Source: Desulfobacteraceae bacterium
GTDB taxonomy: Bacteria; Desulfobacterota; Syntrophobacteria; Syntrophobacterales; Syntrophobacteraceae
Length of the DNA stretch: 64,000 bases
Assembly (NCBI GenBank): GCA_021372635.1
Contig: JAJFUA010000443.1
Location: forward strand, 86-64,085
Direction of reading: 5' to 3'
Made by a program: the position numbers and the translations under genes. Positions 1 to 9,512 of the stretch are shown here, piece by piece; position 1 is the first letter of the stretch; each line of letters opens with the position of its first letter. The notes under the pieces were generated by a model that was given only the letters and a program-made list of their open reading frames with translations, was not told the origin of the DNA and made no database searches.

Positions 1-339
1 TTTGAATCGGGGATGCTTTGGGCTTCTTTTCAGACTGCCGGCTCCGAAGCCGGCAAAAGCGGATGCCGAACAGAGGCGTTCGTCCGGAGCCTGCTCTCCG
101 GTTCGCACAGCAAATCGGCGCCCGCTATGCATTAAGTCACTAAGATCTGAAAAGATCGACCGTGTCGCAAGTTGCCTTGTGTGCAGGAGTCAGAAATTGC
201 GCATCGCTACCTGTAATGAAAAAAAGCGCATGTGTCAAAGCAATTTCTCTGGGGCGGCCGCAGGAAGGGCATTCTTTCCTTACCCCGTAAATACCCTGCC
301 TGCGCGGATGACTTGCGGCCGGACCCGCAGCGGGATTCC

Positions 340-1188
340 TCAGCGCATGGTTCGCAGACGCCGGATCCGCTCCTCGATGGGCGGATGCGTACTGAACAGG
401 TTCGCCAGAGTTCTGCCCGAAAGAGGGTTCACGATGAAAAGATGCGCGGTCGACGGACGTGCATCCTCCATCGGGATGCGTTCGGAAGCCATGGAAAGCT
501 TTTCGAGGGCTCGCGCCAGGGATTCGGGACTGTGGGAAAGACTCGCGCCGGTTTCGTCGGCCAGGTATTCCCTGGATCTCGATATCGCCAACTGGATCAG
601 CGTGGCCGCGACAGGCGCCAGGATGGCCGTCACGAGCAGTTCCAGGATACCTCCCCCGCGGTCTTCGTCGCTGCCCCGGAAGCCGCCGAAAATTGCACCC
701 CACCGGACCATGTTCGCCAGGATCATGACGGCGCCCGCAAGGGTCGCGGCGATGGAACTGACGAGGATGTCACGGTTCTTCACGTGCCCGAGTTCGTGGG
801 CCAGTACGCCGCGGATCTCGTCCGGCGTGAGCAGGCGCCAGAGTCCCTCCGTCACGGCCACTACGGCGTTTTCGGGATTTCGGCCCGTGGCGAAGGCGTT
901 GGGGGTGTCTTCGGGAATCATGTACAGGCGGGGCGTGGGCAGGCCCGCCTCATGAGCGAGGTCGCGAACAATGCGGTACAACTGCGGCGCATCGCTTTCA
1001 CTCAGTGGTTGAGCCCGGTACATTGCCAGCACGATCTTGTCCGAAAACCAGTAGCTGCCAAGATTCATGACCGCCGCCAGAACGAGGGCGAACATCATGC
1101 CGTTCGACCCGCCTATGGCTCCTCCGAGCCAAACGATCAAAGCGGTCAGCACAGCCAGCAAAACTGTTGTACGTAACCTGCTGTCCAT
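340..1188 (-). CDS. htpX: HtpX-type M48 zinc metalloprotease (membrane heat-shock protease)
   Basis: From ORF 340..1233(-). It has two N-terminal TM helices, then [13 protein letters not shown], the HEXXH motif HELGH and a C-terminal [10 protein letters not shown], all typical of short HtpX. I trimmed the start to ATG 1188 (MDSRL), which has GAGGAG 8 nt upstream. Confidence 0.9.
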   Translation of the reverse strand: MDSRLRTTVLLAVLTALIVWLGGAIGGSNGMMFALVLAAVMNLGSYWFSDKIVLAMYRAQPLSESDAPQLYRIVRDLAHEAGLPTPRLYMIPEDTPNAFATGRNPENAVVAVTEGLWRLLTPDEIRGVLAHELGHVKNRDILVSSIAATLAGAVMILANMVRWGAIFGGFRGSDEDRGGGILELLVTAILAPVAATLIQLAISRSREYLADETGASLSHSPESLARALEKLSMASERIPMEDARPSTAHLFIVNPLSGRTLANLFSTHPPIEERIRRLRTMR

Positions 1189-1338
1189 CGATTTACTCCT
1201 CGAGAGATGCTTATTCGTCGCTCCGGGTTTCACGAAACGGCATTCGCGGGGAAAAAGCCGGGCCGGAATGCCAGCCGGAAACCGGTTTCGAAGAAAAGGC
1301 CGATGATTCGACCCGTTGAGCGGAGTTTACGGATGCGT

Positions 1339-1803
1339 TCAAGCCGAGTGTACCGCGATCCTGTGTGGCGGACCACTTTGTGCGGTGATTTTGGGAATCA
1401 CGACCGTCAGGACTCCGCGTTTGAATTCCGCGGAGATCGAGTCTTCCTGAATGTCCTGGGTAAGCATGAACGTTCTTGTGAAAGAGCCGTTCGGCCGCTC
1501 CCTTTGAAAGGGTTCGGCCCCGTCTCTGCACGGAGCGGCTTCCCTGTGGCCCTGAATGGTCAGTTTGCTGTCCACCAGGTGGACGTGCAGTTCCGAATCC
1601 GCCACTCCCGGGAGATCGGCGACGAGAATCCACTCGGCGGGCGTCTGCCAGATATCGATGGCCGGCTGCCAGTCCGGGCTGTCCGGTGTTTCGGCGGGAG
1701 ACGCCGCATCGTCGGCGCTGAAGCTCTGCAGGTATAGCGCGTCCATTTTCCGCTTCATCGAATGAAGCTCGTTCAGCAAAGGATTGGTGACATTGTTCGA
1801 CAT
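1339..1803 (-). CDS. Small heat-shock protein, Hsp20/alpha-crystallin family
   Basis: From ORF 1339..1890(-). It shows the alpha-crystallin pattern (PAIDIWQT, LVADLPGV, AEFKRGVLTVVIPK). The likely start is ATG 1803 (MSNNV) with GGAG upstream. It lies directly upstream of htpX on the same strand. Confidence 0.85.
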   Translation of the reverse strand: MSNNVTNPLLNELHSMKRKMDALYLQSFSADDAASPAETPDSPDWQPAIDIWQTPAEWILVADLPGVADSELHVHLVDSKLTIQGHREAAPCRDGAEPFQRERPNGSFTRTFMLTQDIQEDSISAEFKRGVLTVVIPKITAQSGPPHRIAVHSA

Positions 1804-2200
1804 CAAGGTTCTCCGTTGTTCATAAACGCGCGGACGATAAAAGCCCCTCGTGCGGGATTTCCCGGGGACATCCAGGCCGCGCCAATGCAAAGGGACCCGC
1901 GTGCACGGTTTCCGAACGTCCCGCCGCGTGCCTTATCCGAGCTGCATTGTCTGGGATTTACCGTTCCTTAGGATAAGGAAGGGACATGGATATGTCAAGG
2001 CAGAGTAAAGACGCTCCGGGCGCCGTTTCAGGGAACCGGGGAGCCGCTGCGACGGACTGCCCGTCGAGATAGGGGTTGTGGCCTGAATTCATTGCGTGTT
2101 AATATTCAAAAGATTTGGTCCATTCGCTGCGGTCGTGTCATTCATCTCGAAATCCTGAGTCCGTTCAGCTTGAACGCTGTTTTTGGGGAGGCGGAAAGTA

Positions 2201-3949
2201 ATGCGTTATACACAATCGTTCATACATACCCTGTACGAGGTTCCCAAGGAAGCGGAGACGCCGTCCCACGTACTGCTTCTGCGGGCCTCATATATCCATC
2301 CCCTTGCCGCCGGTTTATACAGCCTGCTGCCCCTGGGACACCGCGTGGCGGAGAAGATCAAGGACATCATCCGGGAAGAACTGGATGCCATCGGCGGGCT
2401 GGAGATGACCATGCCCGTTCTCAATCCCGCCGAACTCTGGAAGAAGACGAAGCGCTACTACGACATCGGGGAAGAACTCTTCCGCATCAAGGACCGGAAG
2501 GAGAGGGACTTTGTCCTGGCGATGACCCACGAAGAAGTGGTGACCGATATCGCAGGCCAGTTCCTGCGTTCCTACCGCGACCTTCCCGTGATGCTCTACC
2601 AGATACAGACGAAGATCCGCGACGAGGCGCGCCCCAGGGCGGGACTGCTCCGCGTTCGGGAATTCTTCATGAAGGATGCATACAGCTTCCACCGGGACTT
2701 TGAAGACCTGGACCGGTATTATCCCAGGATCTTCAATGCCTACCTGAACATATTCGCGCGCTGCGGCCTGAAATCGGTCCCCATCGAAGCCGATTCCGGA
2801 ATCATGGGAGGCACCGGATCCCATGAATTCATGCTCGAATCGCCGTTTGGGGAGGATCGCTTCGTGCGGTGCAACCGGTGCGAATACCGCGCGAACACGG
2901 AAAAGGCCGTCGGATTGAAGCCATCGGTGACGGAGGATCTTCCCGCAGATCCGCCGCCCCGGGAAAAGGTTTCCACGCCGGCCGTCAAGACGATTGCGGA
3001 CCTCATGAACTTCTTCCACTCCAGCGAAGACCGGTTCCTCAAGACGGTCGCGTACGAAGCCGACGGGGAACTCGTGCTGGCCGTGATCCGGGGAGACTTC
3101 GAAGTCTCGGCGACAAAGCTGGGCAATCACCTGAGGGCCGTGCACCTGGACATGGCCGGTGAGGAAGCGTTGAAGGCCAAAGGGCTTTTCGCCGGTTTTC
3201 TCTCGCCCGTCGGGCTCAGCGATGTGCGGGTGGTCGTGGACACCTCCGTGGAAGACCGTGCGCTTTACATCTCTGGAGGAAACGAGCGCGACGTGCACTA
3301 CCGCAACGTTCTCCCGGGAAGGGATTTTGCGATGGGGACGAAGGTGGACATAGCCGAAGTGCGCGAGGGCGACCTGTGCGGAAAATGCAGCGTCGGGACG
3401 CTGGAAATCGGGCGCGGCGTCGAACTGGGCCACACCTTCAAACTCGGAACGAAATACACGGCCAAAGAAAGCATGGACGTCACCTTCCTCGATGCGGCTG
3501 GTGAGCAGAAGCGCATCGTGATGGGGTGCTACGGGATAGGCGTCGAACGCCTCATGGCTTCGGTGGTCGAGCAGTGGCACGACGACGGGGGTATCGTATT
3601 CCCGCCCTCCATCGCTCCATTCCAGGTCATCCTGAGTTCAATCGGAAAGAAGCCGGAAGTTGTCGAAGCGGCGGATGTGCTCTATGCGCAGTTGAAAGCC
3701 CGTTACGAAGTGCTCTACGACGACCGTGAGGAATCGGCCGGAGTAAAGTTCAAGGACGCAGACCTGCTGGGTGTCCCCGTCCGGGTCGTGATCAGCCAGA
3801 AGTTGCTCGCCAGGGGAGAGGTGGAAGTCAAGGTGCGCAGGGGAGGAGAGTTGATCGTCTGCCCTCAGGCGGAAATAGGAACCGTCCTGGACCGCATCTT
3901 TGAAGAGCAGAAGACGTCCTTCAAAGGCCTGCCGTACATGGCGGAATAG
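2201..3949 (+). CDS. proS: Prolyl-tRNA synthetase, bacterial type
   Basis: The ORF shows the ProRS hallmarks [30 protein letters not shown] and [12 protein letters not shown]. It also has an editing-domain-sized insertion and a C-terminal anticodon-binding region. ATG 2201 is preceded by GGAGG; the ORF-track start at 2183 is a TTG. Confidence 0.95.
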   Translation: MRYTQSFIHTLYEVPKEAETPSHVLLLRASYIHPLAAGLYSLLPLGHRVAEKIKDIIREELDAIGGLEMTMPVLNPAELWKKTKRYYDIGEELFRIKDRKERDFVLAMTHEEVVTDIAGQFLRSYRDLPVMLYQIQTKIRDEARPRAGLLRVREFFMKDAYSFHRDFEDLDRYYPRIFNAYLNIFARCGLKSVPIEADSGIMGGTGSHEFMLESPFGEDRFVRCNRCEYRANTEKAVGLKPSVTEDLPADPPPREKVSTPAVKTIADLMNFFHSSEDRFLKTVAYEADGELVLAVIRGDFEVSATKLGNHLRAVHLDMAGEEALKAKGLFAGFLSPVGLSDVRVVVDTSVEDRALYISGGNERDVHYRNVLPGRDFAMGTKVDIAEVREGDLCGKCSVGTLEIGRGVELGHTFKLGTKYTAKESMDVTFLDAAGEQKRIVMGCYGIGVERLMASVVEQWHDDGGIVFPPSIAPFQVILSSIGKKPEVVEAADVLYAQLKARYEVLYDDREESAGVKFKDADLLGVPVRVVISQKLLARGEVEVKVRRGGELIVCPQAEIGTVLDRIFEEQKTSFKGLPYMAE

Positions 3950-3962
3950 ATCGTATTGAACG

Positions 3963-3994
3963 TCCGATGCGGCGCCGCACTGCGCCGCATCGGA
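3963..3994 (+). terminator. Perfect 13-bp stem hairpin just after proS
   Basis: The left arm TCCGATGCGGCGC (3963-3975) pairs with GCGCCGCATCGGA (3982-3994) across a 6-nt loop. Only a short TT follows, so this is a terminator-like hairpin without a strong U-tract. Confidence 0.5.
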
Positions 3995-4245
3995 TTCGCC
4001 TCGAACCGGAATGTAGAACGGGAGACCCTGCCGGGTGAAGTTCATCCGCCCGGTGCAATCCGGTGTGTCGCCTCTTGGTGTTTTCGCGTCCGTAATACCT
4101 TACTCCCGTGATCCCGATTCCTGCGGAATCTCCTCCTGGCAGTTTTGTGGTTCGCAGTCTATTCCCTGTGCCGGATTTCAAAACACTCTCGCCGTATTCG
4201 GGAAAACGGGCCGACGACGCTGATCGGGAGAAGAGGCGGGCCGAA

Positions 4246-5034
4246 ATGGAAAATGTTCCCGGGTGCCGGATCGCAGGAAAAGGCAGATGGCTTCGCACGG
4301 TCCCCGTGCTTTTGATCCTCGTTCTTTTCGGAGCCGGTTACTTTCGGCAGAATGCCGGCTGGCCATTTGCCCTCTTTCTCGTCATGCTGGCCGGTGCCGT
4401 CTTCAGAATCGCCGACGTGTTTCTCCTGGGGCTGGCATGCGGCTTGACGGTCCTGTTCAAAATCGAGCCCCTCATCCGGATTTGGCCGCTCCCTTTTGCA
4501 CTGGCATTGATCGTGTCGTTCGTCGCCGGCAGATGTATGCGTTTCGCAAGAGATTCCTTCGCCTGGCTTAAGATGGGAAGATGCGGACGCACGGAATGCG
4601 CCATGGTTGCACTCATCGCGCTGGTATCGGGAATTGCGCTCGCGGGCTGGTACCATTTCACGAGGCCCGATATCGGCGATCTCCTGGACAGGATGCCGTA
4701 CTTGAGCCCTGTAGCTCTTGCCGCGGTCGGAGTCGGGTTTTCCATCGTCAATGCATCCTGCGAAGAGTTTTTGTGGCGGGGCATGATCTTCAGCGCACTG
4801 GAGCGGTGTTGCCTGCCTCTTGCCGGAGTGGTCGTCGTTCAGGCCCTCTCGTTCGGGATTGCTCACCTTCACGGTTTTCCAAGGGGAATTTCCGGGATGA
4901 TCCTGGCGGGCATATACGGATGCATGTTGGGCGCGCTTCGACATCGTGCCGGCGGGATGCTGGCCCCCGTTGCGGCACATCTCTTTGCGGACCTCGTCAT
5001 CTATGCGCTTCTCTCGTCGAGCATCCTTACGTGA
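4246..5034 (+). CDS. CPBP (CAAX/Abi-type) intramembrane glutamic protease family protein
   Basis: It is a multi-TM protein with the three CPBP motifs: EEFLWRG (EExxxR), FGIAHLH (FxxxH) and HLFADLV (HxxxD/N). The start is taken at ATG 4246 (MENVPG) and is uncertain. Confidence 0.75.
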   Translation: MENVPGCRIAGKGRWLRTVPVLLILVLFGAGYFRQNAGWPFALFLVMLAGAVFRIADVFLLGLACGLTVLFKIEPLIRIWPLPFALALIVSFVAGRCMRFARDSFAWLKMGRCGRTECAMVALIALVSGIALAGWYHFTRPDIGDLLDRMPYLSPVALAAVGVGFSIVNASCEEFLWRGMIFSALERCCLPLAGVVVVQALSFGIAHLHGFPRGISGMILAGIYGCMLGALRHRAGGMLAPVAAHLFADLVIYALLSSSILT

Positions 5035-5094
5035 GGAGGGCAATTCCCATGAAGGACTGAAGGAAAATCGCCGCGGATGAGATTCAGGGCGTCT

Positions 5095-6579
5095 TCAGAC
5101 AGAATGATTTTCCGAGAAATCCACCACGAGCACCCGCCGGGTTCCTTGTTCCACCTTGACCCGTTCGTCCAGGCGGAGACCCGCCAGCCAGCAGATCTTC
5201 TCCCGATCGCACAAAACGGGAATGCTGTCCCTGTGTCCCCGGGGGATTTTGGCGTCGGTGAAGAAATCCTGCAGCTTCCTGGTCCCTTTTAGCCCCAATG
5301 GCTGAAAACGGTCTCCCGGTCTCCACCAGCGAAGGGTCATCGGCCACCGGATCTTGTCGTAGTCCAGGAATACCGTGGAGGGGGAAGCGGGCGGGCGGGG
5401 ATCGGCCGCAGAGATGGGGGGCTCGATTTCTCTCAACTGGAAAAGATAGGAACCAAGCTCATAGCGGCCCGGTTCGAAGAGGGTGATTTCTTCTCCGTGG
5501 ACGGCCTTCGGCGGCGGGGGAGGCTGCCGCCTGCGGCGATGTCCGGATTCTTCCGGGGAGGTTTCCGGCTGCGAAGGCTGCAAGTTGAAGGAGAGGGAAT
5601 CCTTGCCCAGCGACGCCGTGAGGCCCCGCGGCAGATGAAGAACTTTCCCGGGGGAGCTTTTCGCGATCCAGCGGACGAGCAATTCGATATGCACGGCATA
5701 CAGGCTGAGGGTGTGCCCCTGGAGGCGCTCGACCGCGAACCGGAGCAGGCGTTTCTGCACGGCCGGGTGCAGGGAGAGCAGGAACGGCACGCCGAGGTCC
5801 AGGCGGAAAGCGTCCTCAAAGGTGCAGCCCTTTTGAAAAAGCCCGTGCAGGTGCTCTTTCCAGAAGCTCTCTTCCTCCGCCGCCAGGAAGGCATGCCGCG
5901 ACAGCGTCTGAGCGATTTGCGGGTGGAAGAAATCCTTGAGGACCGGAAAGACCTTGAGTCGCAGTGCATTCCTCTGGCAGAACGGTTCCTGGTTGGTGGT
6001 GTCATCCCTGAAGGAAAGGCTGCGCTCGTGCAGGTAATCCAGGATCTCGGAGCGGGTCGCAAAAAGGAGAGGGCGAACGATTCCGGAGCGCGTTCCGGGA
6101 AGCATGCCCGACAGGCCGGACGGACCCGTGCCCCGGACAAGGCGTAAAAGGATTTCTTCGGCCTGGTCGTCGGCGGTGTGTCCGAGGGCTATCCGCTGAG
6201 CGTTCACGCGTTTCAGCGAGGTTTTGAAAAATTCATGGCGGCATTCGCGGGCGGCCATTTCCAGGGAGATGCCGCGCTGCTGGTGCTGACGCGAGCGGAC
6301 ATCCGCGGATTCCACGCAGACGGGAAGACGGTATTTTTCGGCAAGAGATTCGACGAACCTGCGATCGGCGTCCGAGTCTTCCCCCCGGAGCCGGTGGTCG
6401 AAGTGCAGGACCGTGAGGCCGGAACAGTTCAGTGCGGATTGCAGTGAAACAAGCACGTCGAGCAGGGCCGTGGAGTCCGGTCCTCCGGAAACGGCGATCA
6501 GCAGGCGATCACCCGCGGCGATCAGGTTGTTGCGGTGAACGAATGCAAGGACCCGCTCCTGGAAAGATGGGTGGTTCAT
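5095..6579 (-). CDS. tilS: tRNA(Ile)-lysidine synthetase
   Basis: It has the N-terminal PP-loop SGGPDS in the context LLIAVSGGPDSTALL, and its length and C-terminal domain fit TilS. Its ATG shares one base with the stop of the upstream membrane-protein gene (TGATG at 6577-6581). Confidence 0.9.
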   Translation of the reverse strand: MNHPSFQERVLAFVHRNNLIAAGDRLLIAVSGGPDSTALLDVLVSLQSALNCSGLTVLHFDHRLRGEDSDADRRFVESLAEKYRLPVCVESADVRSRQHQQRGISLEMAARECRHEFFKTSLKRVNAQRIALGHTADDQAEEILLRLVRGTGPSGLSGMLPGTRSGIVRPLLFATRSEILDYLHERSLSFRDDTTNQEPFCQRNALRLKVFPVLKDFFHPQIAQTLSRHAFLAAEEESFWKEHLHGLFQKGCTFEDAFRLDLGVPFLLSLHPAVQKRLLRFAVERLQGHTLSLYAVHIELLVRWIAKSSPGKVLHLPRGLTASLGKDSLSFNLQPSQPETSPEESGHRRRRQPPPPPKAVHGEEITLFEPGRYELGSYLFQLREIEPPISAADPRPPASPSTVFLDYDKIRWPMTLRWWRPGDRFQPLGLKGTRKLQDFFTDAKIPRGHRDSIPVLCDREKICWLAGLRLDERVKVEQGTRRVLVVDFSENHSV

Positions 6580-7388
6580 CAGATGGTTTTGAGATCGGCG
6601 GGACCCGGAGGCAGGGCCGGCGGGGGTCCGCCGAGCGCTTCGGCCCCGGTCGGCAGCGTTTTTTCAGGCAGCATCGGAACGCTGTCCTTCCACTTTTTGC
6701 CGGTTACCAGGAGCTTTCCTTCACTGCTGAGGACGGTGTGGTCATCCAGGATAATCAGGCCGAATCGCTGGGCCATTTCGCTCCGATACTGGTACTCCAT
6801 GGAGTGCCTGCGCAGTTTGTAGTTGAGTACGACCAGAATGAGACCGAACACGGAGGCAACGCCCACGAGAATCGCTGCGGAAATAAGGACGACCTGGACG
6901 GATTTTTCACCGACGTTTGCGACAAAGCCGAGGAAGGAGTCCAGCTTGTAGAAAAAACCGGCCCCGATGCAGAGGAGCAGAAGAAGGGAGAGAAAAGGCA
7001 GCCTGCGCAGCCAGGTGACCATCCTGTCGAGTTGGTGGATACGATCCGTTTGGCCGGGAGAAGTTTCCGACGCGGCCGGGTCTCCGGGGGATTCGGCATG
7101 TGTTTCGATCTCGCCGAAGTACTTGTTGAAGCCGACTATGACGACCCCGATGATGAAGCTGATGGCGACCGGAGCGAGAAAGGAGACGAGAAAATAGGCT
7201 TTCCACGGGAATGCGCCCTCGGTCACTCCGTCGCCGAGTCGGTACAGCCAGCAGACGGCGATGATGAGCACTTCGATCCAGCCCAGGAACATGAGATATT
7301 TTCGGAAAAGCTCCTTCCGTTCGAAATCGTCGAATAATGCAGCAACACCATGCAGTGTTCCGTTTGTCGTCTTCGAAAAATCTTTCAT
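6579..7388 (-). CDS. Hypothetical membrane protein (about 4 TM helices)
   Basis: This 269-aa ORF starts at an ATG and has four clear hydrophobic helices. I recognise no family motif. It appears translationally coupled to tilS. Confidence 0.6.
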   Translation of the reverse strand: MKDFSKTTNGTLHGVAALFDDFERKELFRKYLMFLGWIEVLIIAVCWLYRLGDGVTEGAFPWKAYFLVSFLAPVAISFIIGVVIVGFNKYFGEIETHAESPGDPAASETSPGQTDRIHQLDRMVTWLRRLPFLSLLLLLCIGAGFFYKLDSFLGFVANVGEKSVQVVLISAAILVGVASVFGLILVVLNYKLRRHSMEYQYRSEMAQRFGLIILDDHTVLSSEGKLLVTGKKWKDSVPMLPEKTLPTGAEALGGPPPALPPGPADLKTI

Positions 7389-7535
7389 AGCGCCGGTCCC
7401 GTCTCAACTTTTCATTTTTGGCACGCATCCGGAAATACGCGATATCCACACTTGCAGCAGGATAACAAATGGGTGTAAGAGGGTCAACCTGGATATTGAA
7501 TCCAGCTGCTTTGGCCTGCGGGCGACGTTAGAAGC

Positions 7536-7564
7536 TTTCGCGACTTTGCGCGAAATGATACAAT
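7536..7564 (+). promoter_or_regulatory. Inverted repeat TTTCGCG-N6-CGCGAAA overlapping a TACAAT -10-like box upstream of purC
   Basis: The repeat arms are at 7536-7542 and 7549-7555, and TACAAT is at 7559-7564. A 7-bp stem hairpin (GACGACC/GGTCGTC) sits in the leader before the GGAGGAAGGAG RBS. The function is inferred only. Confidence 0.25.
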
Positions 7565-7633
7565 AGCCACACTCGAAAAGTCGACGACCGCACGGGGGTC
7601 GTCATGTAATCACATCTTACAGGGAGGAAGGAG

Positions 7634-8530
7634 ATGTCTGAAGGACCGGTTCTGGAAACTCATTTCCCCGGGCTGCAGCTGCTTTCGCGCGGGAAAGTGA
7701 GGGATGTTTACGACCTTGGTGATTCACTGCTCATCGTCGCAACGGACCGGATTTCGGCGTTCGACGTGGTGATGCTCACGCCCGTTCCCGACAAGGGCAG
7801 GATCTTGACGAGGCTTTCGGAGTTCTGGCTCGACTTCGTAAAAGACGTCGTGGAAACTCATATGATCGCCACGGATGTGGGGAAATATCCGCCCGTGTGC
7901 CAGCCTTTCGCGGCTCAACTCGCCGGCCGCAGCATGTGGGTCAGGAAGGCGCAGATGCTGCCTTTCGAATGTATCGTGCGTGGATACCTGGCAGGTTCCG
8001 GCTGGAAGGATTACCGCCGCACCGGCAGCATCTGCGGCATTCCTCTGCCTGCCGGCTTGCAGGAAGCTGAAAAGCTTCCGGAACCCATTTTTACGCCTTC
8101 GACGAAGGCGGAGAGGGGAGAACACGACCAGAACGTTACGTTCGAAGAGATGGAAAGACAGATTGGCAAGGAACTGGCAGGGCAGGTGAAGGCCGCAAGC
8201 CTGAAGGTTTATAAGAAGGCGGCGGAGTATGCCCGGGAACGGGGAATCATCGTTGCGGACACGAAGTTCGAATTCGGGCTTGTGGACGGCAGACTCCTTC
8301 TCGTGGACGAAGTGCTGACGCCCGATTCCAGCCGCTTCTGGCCGGCCGACCGCTACAAGATCGGTTGCAGCCCGGAGAGTTTCGACAAGCAGTACCTTCG
8401 CGATTACCTGATCCATTCCGGGTGGACCGTGGCCGATTCAGCTCCGTCCCTGCCTCCGGATGTCGTGGAGAACACTCGTTCGCGGTACCTCGAAGCCCTC
8501 GAGCGCATTTCCGGCCATGGCATCGGATAA
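7634..8530 (+). CDS. purC: Phosphoribosylaminoimidazole-succinocarboxamide (SAICAR) synthase
   Basis: It carries GKVRDVYDLGDSLLIVATDRISAFDVV and matches long-form PurC over its whole length. A strong RBS (GGAGGAAGGAG) lies directly upstream. Confidence 0.95.
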   Translation: MSEGPVLETHFPGLQLLSRGKVRDVYDLGDSLLIVATDRISAFDVVMLTPVPDKGRILTRLSEFWLDFVKDVVETHMIATDVGKYPPVCQPFAAQLAGRSMWVRKAQMLPFECIVRGYLAGSGWKDYRRTGSICGIPLPAGLQEAEKLPEPIFTPSTKAERGEHDQNVTFEEMERQIGKELAGQVKAASLKVYKKAAEYARERGIIVADTKFEFGLVDGRLLLVDEVLTPDSSRFWPADRYKIGCSPESFDKQYLRDYLIHSGWTVADSAPSLPPDVVENTRSRYLEALERISGHGIG

Positions 8531-9512
8531 TGACATGCCCCGTAGCGCGGAATTCACGATAGCCTCCACAGGGTTCGACGAACTGGATTGGGAAGACGGT
8601 TCCTTTGCCGTTCTTCCCTATTCGGGTTCCGAACATCTCGAGGAATCCCTGGAACGGTTCGGCATGATGCATCCGCCGTGGATTCTGCGCAGGACGGATG
8701 CGAAAGCCGTGATCGTGGACGGGTTCAAGAGGCTGCGATGGCTCCGGAGCCGTGGGTATGAGAAGGCGACATGCGTGGTGTTTGCGGCCGGCTCGGAGGG
8801 CACGGACGTCTGGCTGCGGCGCATCGAGGGAAAGATGTTCGAATCTCCCCTCAATCTCGCGGAAAAGGCTCAGATCGTCGCGCGTCTGGCGGAGCTTTCG
8901 GACGCAGGCGGAACATGGCGACTGCTGCTTTCCCGGCTGGGAGTCTCCCAGAGACCGGATTCCATCGCAAAGTGGGTCCGGCTGGCCGCATGCGGGACTG
9001 CGCTGCTGGAGGCGGCCGCTGCGGGGGAAATCTGCGAGCGGGCTGCCATGGAACTCCTCGACTGGGAGGAACGGGCGAGGGAAAGGATTCTCGTTATTCT
9101 CCGGGAACTGCGCTGCAGTGCCAGCATCCAGGTGGAAGTCATCGAGAGGGTGGGGGAAATTGCGCTGCGGGACGGGAAAACGTTGACTGCCGTGCTCGAC
9201 GATCCGGATTGGGAAGCAATCGTTCGTGACAACGGGAGAAATCACCGGGAAAAAACCAGGGACCTGAGGGACTTGCTGTATCGACGGCGGTTCCCGCGGC
9301 TCACGGCCCGGACCGAGCTTTTCCGGGAACAGGCCGGCCGACTCCGGCTGCCCGGGGCTGCCAGGCTGATTCCACCTCCGTCCTTTGAAGGAGATCAATG
9401 GCAGCTGGAGATTTCCTTCTCCAGCGCTTCCGAACTCATGACTCTGCTCGAGGAAGTGCGATCCCGGACCGAGCCGGAATCGCTTTCCGAGGTGATGGCT
9501 CCGCGCTCATGA
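8517..9512 (+). CDS. ParB/Srx-fold N-terminal domain protein with an HTH-like segment
   Basis: VIVDGFKRLRWLRSRG resembles the ParB box GxxRxxA, followed by NLAEKAQIVARLAEL, which looks like an HTH. ATG 8517 overlaps the purC 3' end by 14 nt. Its stop overlaps the next ATG (ATGA at 9509-9512). Confidence 0.6.
   Translation: MASDNDMPRSAEFTIASTGFDELDWEDGSFAVLPYSGSEHLEESLERFGMMHPPWILRRTDAKAVIVDGFKRLRWLRSRGYEKATCVVFAAGSEGTDVWLRRIEGKMFESPLNLAEKAQIVARLAELSDAGGTWRLLLSRLGVSQRPDSIAKWVRLAACGTALLEAAAAGEICERAAMELLDWEERARERILVILRELRCSASIQVEVIERVGEIALRDGKTLTAVLDDPDWEAIVRDNGRNHREKTRDLRDLLYRRRFPRLTARTELFREQAGRLRLPGAARLIPPPSFEGDQWQLEISFSSASELMTLLEEVRSRTEPESLSEVMAPRS

Noticed and set aside
2-955. A 317-aa plus-strand ORF at the window start, together with ORFs 232..1176(+) and 140..703(-).
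   Set aside because: They are antisense or off-frame to htpX, which has clear family motifs. Their composition is Arg/Ala/Ser-rich, typical of GC-rich shadow frames.
7418-7440. A TGGCAC element (TTTTGGCACGCATCCGG) that looked like a sigma54 -24 box.
   Set aside because: The required -12 TTGC(W) element is missing at the correct 5-nt spacing, so this is probably a chance match.
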